Source: Candidatus Latescibacterota bacterium
GTDB lineage: Bacteria; Latescibacterota; UBA2968; GCA-2709665
Length of the DNA: 64,000 nt
Direction of reading: 5' to 3'
Assembly (NCBI GenBank): GCA_965208835.1
Contig: OZ242358.1
Span: 928,001 to 992,000 of the forward strand
Shown: positions 21,701 through 31,000 of the stretch, piece after piece
Numbering within the stretch: the first letter of the stretch is position 1
How the letters are laid out: each line of letters opens with the position of its first letter
Notes under the pieces: generated by a model
What the model saw: the letters and a program-made list of their open reading frames with translations, nothing else
Databases searched by the model: none
What the model was told of the DNA's origin: nothing
Program-made: the position numbers and the translations under genes

Positions 21701-24118
21701 GTCCAGCGTTACCGTGAAGGTGATCCCGTCCCCTTCCTCGGCTGATGCGTCGGCGATCGTCACCGCCGGAAAGTCGTCGTTGGTGATCGTCCCCTCCGCC
21801 GTGTCGGACGCGCTGACGGTACCCTGCGCCCCTGAGACGCTCAGGCTGACCGTGAACGTCTCGTCCGACTCGATGTCTGTGTCCTCGGTGGTGGATACGG
21901 TAAAGGTCTGGGTCTCGCTCGCCGTTCCCGTGAAGCTGACCGCAGATGTGTTGGCCGTGTAGTCCGTGCCCTTCACGGCCGTACCGCCGCTGAAGCTCGG
22001 GGTTACGCTGAAGCCGGACGCCACCGCCTTGTCCACCGACACCGTGAACTCGATTCCGTCTCCCTCGGAGGCTGACGCGTCCGCGATCGTAACCGTCGCG
22101 GTGTCATCGTCGTTGATCGTGCCGGTGGCGGGCCCGCTGGCCGTCAAGCCGGAAGGCACCTGCGGGAGGACGGGCCCGTCCCCGGGCAGGGGACCGATGG
22201 AGTAGGCGATGTTGAAGGTCTCCGCCCCTTCGACGACCTCGTCCTGGTGGATGGCGACCCAGTTCCTGTCGAGTGACCGTTTTTCTCCGGCGTTGCCGGT
22301 GAAGTTGAGAGACACCAGGTTCGCGCCGAAGTCGGTCGTGGAAAAGTTGTTCCCGTCCGGGTCAATCGTGGCGGTGCCGGCAGACGCTCTCAGGTACAGC
22401 CGGAAGCCGCCCTGCACCGCCCTGTTCAGCGTCGCACTCGCTGCCACCTCGGTGTAGAGGTTGCCGTTTACCGTATAGCTGTAGCCCGAACCGCCCTCAG
22501 TGCCGGATACGGCCGCGACCGTCACGGTCGCATTGTCGTCGTTGGTGATCGTTCCCTCTGCCGTATCGGTTGCCGTGACGGTTTGGGTGGTCCCGGAGAC
22601 GCTGAGGCTGACGGTGAAGGTCTCGTCGTGTTCCACGACCGCGTCCTCGGTCGTCGTCACGGAGAAGGTTTTGTTCTCGCCCGCCGTGCCGGCAAAGGTG
22701 AGCGCCGATGTGTTGGCCGTGTAGTCCGTGCCCTTTACCGCGGTACCGCCGGCGAAGCCCGGCGTCACCGTCAGACCGCCGGAAACCGCTCTGTCCAGCG
22801 TTACCGTGAAGGTGATCCCGTCCCCTTCCTCGGCTGATGCGTCGGCGATCGTCACCGCCGGAAAGTCGTCGTTGGTGATCGTCCCCTCCGCCGTATCGGT
22901 CGCCTGGACGGTGCCCCTCGCCCCTGAGACGCTCAGGCTGACCGTGAACGTCTCGTCCGACTCGATGTCCTGGTCCTCGGTGGTGGCCACGGTGAGGGTC
23001 TGCGTCTCTCCCGCGGTGCCGGTGAAGCTGATCGCAGCCGTGTTCTCCGTGTAGTCCGTGCTCTTCGTAGCCGTGCCGCCGGCGAAGCCCGGGGTCACGC
23101 TGAAGCCGCTTGCCACCGCCTTGTCCACTGCCACGGTGAACTCGATCGCGTCACCCTCGGAGGCTGACGCGTCCGCGATGGTCACGGTTGCGGTGTCGTC
23201 GTCGTTGATCGTCCCGGTGGCCGGTCCGCTGGCCGTCAAGCCGGAAGGCACCTGCGGGAGGACGGGCCCGTCCCCGGGCAGGGGACCGATGGAGTAGGCG
23301 ATGTTGAAGGTCTCCGCCCCTTCGACGACCTCGTCCTGGTGGATGGCGACCCAGTTCCTGTCGAGTGACCGTTTTTCTCCGGCGTTGCCGGTGAAGTTGA
23401 GAGACACCAGGTTCGCGCCGAAGTCGGTCGTGGAAAAGTTGTTCCCGTCCGGGTCAATCGTGGCGGTGCCGGCAGACGCTCTCAGGTACAGCCGGAAGCC
23501 GCCCTGCACCGCCCTGTTCAGCGTCGCACTCGCTGCCACCTCGGTGTAGAGGTTGCCGTTTACCGTATAGCTGTAGCCCGAACCGCCCTCAGTGCCGGAT
23601 ACGGCCGCGACCGTCACGGTCGCATTGTCGTCGTTGGTGATCGTTCCCTCTGCCGTATCGGTTGCCGTGACGGTTTGGGTGGTCCCGGAGACGCTGAGGC
23701 TGACGGTGAAGGTCTCGTCGTGTTCCACGACCGCGTCCTCGGTCGTCGTCACGGAGAAGGTTTTGTTCTCGCCCGCCGTGCCGGCAAAGGTGAGCGCCGA
23801 TGTGTTGGCCGTGTAGTCCGTGCCCTTTACCGCGGTACCGCCGGCGAAGCCCGGCGTCACCGTCAGACCGCCGGAAACCGCTCTGTCCAGCGTTACCGTG
23901 AAGGTGATCCCGTCCCCTTCCGCCGCGCTCGCGTTTGCGATCGTCACCGCAGGATTGCTCGATTGCCCTGCGACCGGCCCGACGAAGAACGCCGCTACAA
24001 CCAGGCAGGCCGTGGCTGCCACAGCGGCGGTCGCAGTCAAGCCGTTGAGCGTGCTGAAAATCCTGCAGTAAGTAAATTGGGACAATCGCGTGAGGTTTGT
24101 TGAATGCGGGACCCGCAT
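12758..24118 (-). CDS. Giant adhesin (3786 aa): Calx-beta repeats, Ig-like, cadherin-like and FN3 domains, C-terminal autotransporter-like beta-barrel
   Basis: Long signal peptide; many TIADASAxEG...DETFTVSL...GTIxNDD Calx-beta units; LDFET/LDYEA cadherin motifs; FN3 YDVxYR...YEVQV; C-terminal WTLWGRG...YLHW barrel region ending in F; AAGGAG RBS. Confidence 0.93.
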   Translation of the reverse strand: MRVPHSTNLTRLSQFTYCRIFSTLNGLTATAAVAATACLVVAAFFVGPVAGQSSNPAVTIANASAAEGDGITFTVTLDRAVSGGLTVTPGFAGGTAVKGTDYTANTSALTFAGTAGENKTFSVTTTEDAVVEHDETFTVSLSVSGTTQTVTATDTAEGTITNDDNATVTVAAVSGTEGGSGYSYTVNGNLYTEVAASATLNRAVQGGFRLYLRASAGTATIDPDGNNFSTTDFGANLVSLNFTGNAGEKRSLDRNWVAIHQDEVVEGAETFNIAYSIGPLPGDGPVLPQVPSGLTASGPATGTINDDDTATVTIADASASEGDAIEFTVAVDKAVASGFSVTPGFAGGTATKSTDYTENTAAISFTGTAGETQTLTVATTEDQDIESDETFTVSLSVSGARGTVQATDTAEGTITNDDFPAVTIADASAEEGDGITFTVTLDRAVSGGLTVTPGFAGGTAVKGTDYTANTSALTFAGTAGENKTFSVTTTEDAVVEHDETFTVSLSVSGTTQTVTATDTAEGTITNDDNATVTVAAVSGTEGGSGYSYTVNGNLYTEVAASATLNRAVQGGFRLYLRASAGTATIDPDGNNFSTTDFGANLVSLNFTGNAGEKRSLDRNWVAIHQDEVVEGAETFNIAYSIGPLPGDGPVLPQVPSGLTASGPATGTINDDDTATVTIADASASEGDGIEFTVSVDKAVASGFSVTPSFSGGTAVKGTDYTANTSAVSFTGTASETQTFTVSTTEDTDIESDETFTVSLSVSGAQGTVSASDTAEGTITNDDFPAVTIADASAEEGDGITFTVTLDRAVSGGLTVTPGFAGGTAVKGTDYTANTSALTFAGTAGENKTFSVTTTEDAVVEHDETFTVSLSVSGTTQTVTATDTAEGTITNDDNATVTVAAVSGTEGGSGYSYTVNGNLYTEVAASATLNRAVQGGFRLYLRASAGTATIDPDGNNFSTTDFGANLVSLNFTGNAGEKRSLDRNWVAIHQDEVVEGAETFNIAYSIGPLPGDGPVLPQVPSGLTASGPATGTINDDDTATVTIADASASEGDGIEFTVSVDKAVASGFSVTPSFSGGTAVKGTDYTANTSAVSFTGTASETQTFTVSTTEDTDIESDETFTVSLSVSGAQGTVSASDTAEGTITNDDFPAVTIADASAEEGDGITFTVTLDRAVSGGLTVTPGFAGGTAVKGTDYTANTSALTFAGTAGENKTFSVTTTEDAVVEHDETFTVSLSVSGTTQTVTATDTAEGTITNDDNATVTVAAVSGTEGGSGYSYTVNGNLYTEVAASATLNRAVQGGFRLYLRASAGTATIDPDGNNFSTTDFGANLVSLNFTGNAGEKRSLDRNWVAIHQDEVVEGAETFNIAYSIGPLPGDGPLPPVPSALSASGPATGTINDDDTAIVTIADTSAAEGDEIEFTLEVDNAVASGFSVTPSYAGGTATKGTDYTANTSAVSFTGTAGETQTFTVSTTEDTDIESDETFTVSLSVSGARGTVQATDTAEGTITNDDYPAVTIADTSAEEGNAITFTVTLDHAVSGGFTVTPSFTDGTATKGTDYTANTSALTFAGTAGENKTFIVATTDDDDDEPNETFTVSLTVSGTTETVTATDTATGTINNDDAPALTIADVSAEEGNGITFTVTLDQAVSGGFTVSPSFTDVTATKGTDYTENTAALSFTGSADESKTFTVATTEDAAVEVDETFTVSLTVSGTTETVTATDTATGTITNDDFPILTIADASAEEGDGITFTVTLDHAVSGGLTVTPSFTDGTATKGTDYTENTNALSFSGTAEESRSFTVATAEDDVVEADVSFTVGLTVSGTTETVTATDTATGTISNDDTAILTIADASASEGDEISFTVAADKAVTGGFSVTPGFDGGTATKGTDYTENTAALSFAGTAGETHSFNVSTTEDEDDEANETFTVSLSVSGTTLPVTATNTATGTVIDDEGVPTVSISGPTDVQKGPFDATITFSEDVTGFERPEISVGNGAVTAFSGSGSSYTASITPAASGTVTADVAANVAVDSDDKGNAAASQFSVQADLDAPTVSISGPATTQNGPFVTTITFSEPVTGFEQGDVTAGNGSVTGFSGSSDTYTATITPAATGTVTADVAANAAIDVAGNGNEAASQFSVLANVNRRNPQGNNGGGTVYVSVHEPEDPVEEGLIVELPVRITESVGGTVEVPWSSSSSTSASKLSVAESGTKHEHKPSSGTVTLAAGQTETMIEITILDDDEHEDLESFQVELGEPSVAREVTRKVSVSQRTATVTILDNDAPPVFDEGDTAIRFVVENTPPHTDIGGPFLATDAEDDPLSYSLGGSDAPAFALDPATGQLRTREPLDFETRNSYGDLTVTVDDGHGHTGILHVTVNVTDASPPNAPGTPSVARSASDPRVSLVVSWNPPADNGAPVTDYDVRYREAGTTEWRDHAFDGAGAGTTLTGLKAASTYEVQVLARNVEGAGEWSDSGRASTLGPSAPGETVTVTVSSASAVEGEVLTFTIKLNRAVSGGLTVTPGFRDGTAVEGVDYTANAAPIRFTGTVGEKHTFTVAATDDEVVENDETFTVSLGISGTSTSGVTTDTATGTLRDNDGGTVRGKLTVTIGDAEASEGDGVTFKITLKRPVQGGLTLTPVFSDGTATSGIDYTANTAPLTFVGTAGETHTFTAETKEDEAVEENETFTVSLRVSDAPSGVTVGNPVTGTIIDDDGGTVGGSPTVASGDANASEGDGMTFKVTLNRPVQGGLTLTPVFSDGTATAGVDYTANVSPLRFSGTAGEAHTFTVETKEDDAIEGNETFTVSLRVSRAPSGVTVGDPVTGTIIDDGHNEPPGFDAGAATTRAVAENTPAGGTVGEPVAATDPNGDVLSYTLSGSDAFAIDSDTGQISVSKGASLDYEAGPLSYVVTVTVNDGREGSSVIEVTINVTDAAEPPAAPSAPRVTGASLESLRLDWRPPANTGPAISDYDVQYRKQGAADWTSHPFTGTKTMAAIRGLESGADYEVQVRAKNAEGAGAWSASGTGRTRVNTAPVAVDDVVTVFRGRRATSLWNGDTRDVTRNPSATPPEDFDIPEPEAGAKIAPLANSVSATETDDGHISVLANDVDAEDDWSTLTAILVEAPNYGSLTLFENGTFIYIHDGSRVAEDRFTYRVEDSRGARSDEATVRILITGVNLGPSVTGTIPDQVLTMGTNGRVDLTGLFTDPDGDPLTYEASSDNGIVNVSLADRVIALSPVAVSTARVTVTARDPSGLSATLSFAVIVENLQSNRARVLELSLAAFGRTVLSQAVDAITGHFEATSRALRATIDGSRLVLGQAFNAMEWAHVAARMFGIPLDVPASSSATGTAAQAGLSAITSDPDAVQPTLRAPSGRSILTRSSFQIAMDRPGTGWSGWTLWGRGTGSRYTGDSGSNNRMGGGVTAAYVGADYRWGNRFALGVAASYSDGTQDFDNAGASTGEWHTRLTSLRPYLHWSPTGKLGLWGMLGFGRGDAELNSGYGGPLAGTGSSTIVTDISSRSAALGGRMDLMRVRKVDLALTADAFAVSTSSEALAGLRATAGDARRVRMMVNGSTGWSVTPDTRMDLSLALGARLDGGDVDTGLGAELAGALSIANRRIGLDVEIRSRWLAAHQDRDFRERGLSLALGLDPGSDNRGLTLSLSPAWGENAGSGVEALWKGERTMAYRSAAGGREALDWRPGRTRAALGYGLRTQKGRGGMEPFVELDVNDMGLHRLGGGLRLNVVEGPDRSPGFLARNLRLELLGEYRLSGRSAANGESVTRGRGGDYRFGLSLFRDF
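19583..23950 (-). repeat. Four near-identical 1092-bp (364-aa) intragenic tandem repeats
   Basis: Identical shadow ORFs recur at 20025/21117/22209/23301 (period 1092); each unit is three Calx-beta domains. Confidence 0.93.
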
Positions 24119-24190
24119 CGGCCGGCTCCTTCTGGTGATGGATGATTGCCGTCCGCAAGGGCGCGGACAGTTTCAGTCGCCATCACATAT

Positions 24191-24207
24191 TGCAGAAGCC
24201 GTGCCAA
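24191..24207 (-). promoter_or_regulatory. Sigma54 -24/-12 promoter of adhesin 1
   Basis: TTGGCACGGCTTCTGCA (GG-N10-GC) about 75 bp upstream of the ATG. Confidence 0.8.
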
Positions 24208-24378
24208 CGTAGAGGATTATTCATAAGTATCTATATTTAAAATGCTTATGTACATAGTTGCCATGAGGGCCTTTTGTTTGAAGATGTCTCGAAACGAAAC
24301 GGCGAAGCGCTTGCCGCATAATCCAAGTTATAATTAAGATACATAATTACAATGAGTTATGTTAAACTTGCATTGATC

Positions 24379-24414
24379 CGTCTCAATTTGAAACACGAGT
24401 CTCAATTTGAGACG
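24379..24414. promoter_or_regulatory. Tandem palindromic enhancer (UAS) sites for a sigma54 activator
   Basis: GTCTCAATTTGAAAC and GTCTCAATTTGAGAC, 19 bp apart; conserved upstream of adhesin 2. Confidence 0.7.
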
Positions 24415-25036
24415 GAAGCGCGCCTCACAATGTACACAACGAACACGAAATCTGACCAGGGCGGTCGTTCGCCGGCCTGCTCGCACGGGCCCGGGAAAAC
24501 CGCCCAGGTAACGTCGCTCCCGAAGAGCCCCGAACAGAAACGGCCGAGGCCGGAATGACCGTGGCTGCATTTGCAGACGATGGCAAGAGAAGACTATATC
24601 GGATTCCGACCTCGATGATCCAGTGGGCTGGAAACCCGACCCTGATGGTGTTTTCGCCATCAGGATGCGAGGAGGCCAATAAGAACGAACTGCCACCGGC
24701 TACGAGGGCATATATCAAATAAAATATGTTACCTTGACAATCGTCGAACCCGTGGGGCAGATGTCCCGGATCCTGTTTGCGAACGACGTTGATTCGGCCG
24801 GGACGCACGGGGTTGAGCGTCCCGTTATCGGAAACAGATCGCCCCGGCTGCGTTTTATGCGAACCGGGGCGGATTATCCGTTGCGTACTGTCGTCCGGTG
24901 GCAACGGCGTTTCGGTTAACATATCTTTTTTAATATGGTTCCGAAGCGGTCCTTGTGCGTGTCGGATTTGCCGGACTCAGTCTGCCAACGACACGGGTAA
25001 GCGCCTTGCACGAATCCGATAATGCGACGATCGGGC

Positions 25037-28000
25037 TCAGAAGTTCCGGAACAGCGTGAGCCCGACGCGATAGTCGGGAGTACCGACACCAGCCCGGGAA
25101 GCTGTACTGCCGAAATTATGTCCGGGCGGGCGAAATTCACCGAGCAACTCCAACTGCAGGTCCCTGGTCAGAGCACCGGCAGACCCGTTGGAAGCGCCTG
25201 GGACGTTGACGCGCAGACCGCCTCCGAAGCGGTGTAATCCCAGGTCTTCCACGTCCAGTTCGACAAAGGGCTCCAGCCGCCCGCGGCCTCCCCATGGATC
25301 CAGTCCGTAGCCCAGGGTTGCGCGGGTCCGTTTGGGACGCCAGTCCAAACCCTCCTGTCCGTTGCTTTCGTTGCGGTATGCCATCATCCTCTCGCCATTC
25401 CACAGCGACTCGACGCCTCTGGCAGCATTCTCTCCCCACGCCGGCGTCAGTGCCAAATTCAATCCCTTCCTGTCAGCGCCCGGGTCCAGTCGCAGCGCCA
25501 GGCTGAGTCCGCCTTCTCTGAAGTCCCGGTCCCGGTGCGCGGCCAGCCAGTGTGAGCGTACCTCCACGTCGAGGCCGATGCGTCGATTTGAAAGCGAGAG
25601 CGCCCCGGACAGTTCGGCGCCAAGGCCCGCTTCGACGTCGCCGCCGTCCACGCGGGCGCCCAGCGCCAGGCTCAAATCCATCCGCGAGTCCGGCGTAACG
25701 AGCCAACCCGTGCTCCCGTTGACCATCATGCGAACGCGCCGGGCGTCGCCGGTGGTAGCCCGCAATCCCGCCACGGCCTCGGATACGGTAGTCACGGCGA
25801 AGGCGTCCGCCGTCAACGCCAGGTCGACGTTACCCACCCGCGTCAGGTCCATTCGCCCGCCGAGCGCCGCGGACCGGCTGCTGATGTCCGTCTCGACCGT
25901 ACTGCTGCCCGTCCCTACCAGTGGGCCGCCGTAGCCGCTGTTCAGTTCTGCGTCGCCCCTGCCGAAGCCCAGCATCCCCCACAGGCCCAGCTTCCCGGTT
26001 GGGGACCAGTGCAGGTAGGGACGCAGGCTGGCCAGTCGCGTTTGCCATTTGCCCGTACTCTCGCCGGCGTTGTCGAAGTCCTGCAGGCCGTCGCTGTACG
26101 AGGCGGCCACACCCAAGGTGAGTTTCGAACTCCAGTGGTAGTCCGCCCCGACGTACGCCGCCGTGACCCTGCCATCCATGCGATTGTCCGATTGGGCGTC
26201 GCCTGCATACCTGCTGCCGGCGCCCCGGCCCCAGAGCGTCCATCCGTTTTCAGCGGAACCGGTCCGGTCCATCGCCATACGGAATGAGCTTCGGGTCAGT
26301 ATGCTCCGCCCGGAGGGTGCCTTCAACGTGGGTCGGGCGGCGTCCGGATCCGACGTCACCCCAGGCAGACCGGCCGGCGCCGCCGTTGCGATAGCGGACC
26401 TGGAAGCGTGTGCATCCAGCGGGATGCCGAACAGACGAGCGGCAACGTGTACCCATTCCATGGCATTGAACGCCTGTCCGAGGACGAGCCTGCCGCCATC
26501 CAGCGTGGCTCGAAGGGCCCGGGACGTGGATTCGAAGCGCCCGGCGATCGCATCCACGGCCTGGCTCACCACCGTCCGGCCGAGGGCCGCCAGGGACAGC
26601 TCGAGTGTGCGGGCGCGGTTGGTCTGGGCGTTCTCCACCGCGACGGCGAAGGACAGTTTTGCGCTCAGGCCATAGGGGTCGCGAGCTGTCACCGTAACGC
26701 GTGCAGTCGACACGGCCACGGGCGTGAGGGTGATCACTCCGTCCACGAGGCTGAGCTTGATGATGCCGTTATCCGACGACGCTTCGTAGGCAAGCGGATC
26801 CCCGTCCGGGTCTGTGAACAGACCCGTCAGGTCGACCCTTCCGTTCGCGCCCATCGTCAGCACCTGGTCCGGGATGGTTCCCGTCACCGAGGGCCCGAGG
26901 TTCACGCCAGTTATCAGAATGGTCACCGTGGCCTCATCGCTGCCGGCGCCCCTGCTGTCCATCACGCGATAGGTGAAGCGGTCTTCGGCGGCCCTGCTGC
27001 CGTCGTGCGTATAGACGAAGGTCCCGTTCTCATACAGCTTCAGTGTACCGTGTAGGGGCGCCTCGACGAGAATTGCCGTGAGCAGACTCCAGTCGTCTTC
27101 GGCGTCCACGTCGTTGGCGAGTACACTGATGTGCCCGTCATCGGTTTCGGTTGCCGAACTGCTGTTCGCCAGCGGCGCAATCTTCGCGCCCGCCTCCGGT
27201 TCCGGTATGTCGAAATCTTCGGGTGGCGTCGCAGACGGATTTCGCGTAACATCACGGGTGTCGCCGGTCGATAAGGACGTTGCCCTGCGTCCCCGGAAAA
27301 CCGTTACGACGTCGTCCACCGCCACCGGCGCGGTGTTGACCCGGGTTCGACCGCTGCCAGGCTCCGACCAGGCGCCCGCGCCCTCCGCGTTCTTTGCCCT
27401 GACTTGCACCTCGTAATTCGCGCCGGGTTCCAGTCCCTGGATCTCCGACGTGTTCTTCGTGCCCGTGAACGCGTGGTACGTCCAGTTTGCAGCATCCTGC
27501 TTTCGGTACTGTACGTCATAGTCGCTCACCGCCGGACCCGTGTTCTCGGGAGCCCGCCAGTGTACCTGAACGCTCGACAGGGAGGCGCCGGTGACTCTCG
27601 GCGCCCCGGGCGCGGCAGGGGGCTCGGCCACGTCGGTGATGCTGATGGCGACCTCGATGATGTCATTGCCGTCTCTTCCGTCATTGACCGTCACCGTAAC
27701 CGCGTAGGAGAGGGGGCCCGCCTCGTAGTCTAGCGAGGCCCCTTCAGAAACCGTTATCTGTCCGGTTTCCGTATCGATGGCGAAGGCATCCGACCCCGAC
27801 AGGGTATAGCTCAGTGTATCACCGTTCGCGTCCGTTGCCGAGACCGGTTCGCCGACCGGGCCGCCGGCGGGGGTATTCTCGGCTACTGCGCGCGTGGTCG
27901 CGTGGCCGGCGTCGTCGAAGTCCGGCGATTCGTTCCGGCCGTCGTCGTCGATGATCGTGCCGGTTACGGGCTTGCCTGCCGTCACCCCGGACGGCGCGTC

Positions 28001-31000
28001 GGACACCTGCAGACTGACGGTGAAGGTCTCGTTTTCTTCAACGGCGTCGTCCTCCGTCGTCGCCACGGTGAACGTGTGCGCTTCCCCCGCCACGCCGGTG
28101 AAGGTGAGCGGCGCCGTATCGGCCGTGTAGTCGATTCCCGACGTCGCGGTCCCGTCGCTGAAAACAGGAGTCAGCGTCAGACCACCCTGCACCGCCCGGT
28201 TCAGCGTCACCCTGAAGGTCATCCCGTCGCCTTCAGGTGCGTTCGCGTCTTTGCTCGCCACCGTGGGGTTGCCTCCGACGGTCCCGCCGTCGTCGTCTAT
28301 AATCGTGCCGGTTACGGGATTGCCCACCGTCACCCCGGACGGCGCATCGGACACCCGCAGACTGACGGTGAAGGTCTCGTTTTCTTCAACGGCCTCGTCC
28401 TCCTTCGTCGCCACGGTGAACGTGTGCGCTTCCCTCGCCGTGCCGGCAAAGGTGAGCGGCGCCGTGTTGGCCGTATAGTCGATACCCGCTGTCGCGGTCC
28501 CGTCCTTGAATACAGGCGTGACAGTCAAGCCGCCTTGAACCGCCTGGTTCAGCGTTACCCTGAAGGTCAGCCCATCGCCTTCAGACGCTTTCCTGCTCCC
28601 GGTTGATACGGTCCCAGTGTCGTCGTCTGTAATCGTGCCGGTCGCAGCGCCCGCTGTCAATCCGGACGCCGAGGTGCCGGAGATGTCCAGGCGTACCGTG
28701 AACTTCTCGTTGTACTCGACAATCTCATCCTGGATCGTCGTCACATCAAACGTGTGTCTCTCGCCCTTCGTCCCTTCGAAACGCATGCCCGTTGCGTTCG
28801 CGGTGTAGTCCGTTCCCCGAGTGGCCGTACGGTCGTTGAATCGGGGCGAGACCTTCGCAGTGTAGCCCGTTCCCCGTGTTGCCGTCCCGTCGCTGAAGCG
28901 GGGTGTAACCGTCAGCCCGCCCTGTACCGCCCGGTTCAGGGTCACCGCAAAGGTCAATGCCGCGCCCTCCGTAGCGCCTGCGCTTAAAGTCGTCACCGTC
29001 TCCCTTGGTACGGAAGGGTCGAGGGTCGAGCCGCGACCGCTGTCCGACCACTCGCCGGCGCCTTCGGCGTTTTTCGCCCGCACCTGAACTTCGAAGGTGG
29101 AGGCCCACTTCAGGGTGGTGAGGGTGGCGCCAACGCCCGCGCCCTCAAACGCATGTTCTCTCCATGCCGTTGTGCCCGCTTCTCTGTACCGCACGTCGTA
29201 ATCGGTGACCGGCGCGCCGTTATCGGCAGGCGGATTCCAAATGACGTCCAGCGAACTCTCGGGATCGGTCGATGAACGGACCACGGTCGGCGCGCGGGGC
29301 GCGTCCGGCGGCGAAGTGTCGGTCACGTGGACGGTGAGGGACAAGACGTCCGTATGACTGTGCCCGTCGTCCACGGTTACCGTCAGCCCGTCGTACGAGT
29401 TTCTTGTCTCGAAGTCCAGTGGTTCCCTTGTCCTCAGCTGGCCGGTGGCCGGATCCAGCGTGAAAACAGGTGCGTCCGCCCCGGCAAGTGTATATGAAAG
29501 CGGGTCGTCTTCAGCGTCCGTCGCCAGGAAGGGCCCGCCGATGGCCGTACCCGGCGGCGTGTTCTCGACGACGGAGCGGGTGGCCGTATCGCCCTCGTCG
29601 AAAACCGGCGGCGCGTCGTTGTCCAATATGGTCACCGTGGCGGTCCTTTGGCTCACTGACACCTTGCGGGTCACTTCGCTGGCTACCGTGGGCTTGCCAA
29701 GCGCAATCTGGAATCTCTCCAGGTCCTCGTGTTCTTCGTCGTCAAGGATGATGATCTCGATGGTTGTCTCCGTCTGTCCGGCCGCAAGAGTGGCGGTGCC
29801 TGAGCTGGGCTCATGCTCGTGTTTAGACTCGCTTTCCGCGACGGATAGCTTTGACCCGAGCGCCGCACCCAAGGTGTACCAAGGCACCCGGACCGTGCCC
29901 TCGACGGACTCGGTAATCCTGACAGGGAGTTCCACGATCAGACCCTCTTCCACCGGGTCTTCAGGTTCATGCACGGAGACGTAGACGGTACCGCCGTCGT
30001 AATTCCCGGGGGCGATCCGTGAGCCGTCGTCGTCGGTGATGGTGCCGGTGGCGTTGCCGGCGCTCACCCCGGATGGAGCATCGGACACCGCCAGACTCAA
30101 TGTGAACGTCTCGTCCTCCTCCTCCGCCTCATCCTCGATGGTCGACACCGTGAAAGTACGCGCCTCGTCCGCGGCGCCGATGAAACTGAGCGACGACGTA
30201 TTCTCCGTGTAGTCGACGCCTGCCGTCGCGGTCACGTCGCCGAAGAGCGGCGTCACCGTGAGGCCCCCCTGAACCGCTCTTGCCAGCCTCACCGTGAACG
30301 AAAGCGCCTCGCCCTCGATGGCTGTCGCGTCCGACAAGGTCAGGGTCGGTGCGGAAACGCCGCCGGCATCGTCGTCCGTGATCGTCCCCGTCGCCGTGCC
30401 GGTGCCCGTTACCTTCGCCGTCGTGCCCGAGACTGCCAGGCTTACTGCAAATGTCTCTGCCGCTTCCACAACCTCGTCCTCGATCGTCTGTACCGTGAAC
30501 GTCTGTTCTTCGCCCGCTTTGCCAGTGAAACTGAGCGGGGTCGTGTCCGGCGTATAGTCTTCGTCCACACTGGCCGTGCCGGCTGCGAAGACCGGCGTTA
30601 CCGTCAACCCGCCGGGCACCGCATTGCCCAGCTTCACCATGAACGAAAGCGCCTCGCCCTCGGCGGCCGTTGCGTCGGACACGGTCACTTCGCTCGACGC
30701 GGTCACCGTGATTCTGAACGTCGTGTCGTCAAGCTGTCCGTTGACATTGGCCGCTTTGATATCCACGGTGTAGGTCTGCACTGTGGCGTCCGCCGACACG
30801 GTGCCCCCAACTTTCCTCGACGTATACGACAACCCTGAAGGCAGACCCCCTACTGTCACCGTCGGCAGGTTGTCTTCGAATGGCGTCACGGGATCGGCAT
30901 TGCCAAAAGCCCTTTTAGCGCCTCCCGGCGACTCGCCGACGCCGGTGTTTATCACCGGGATCCCGAAAGAGGTGATCGTCTCACCCTGAGCATACGTCTT

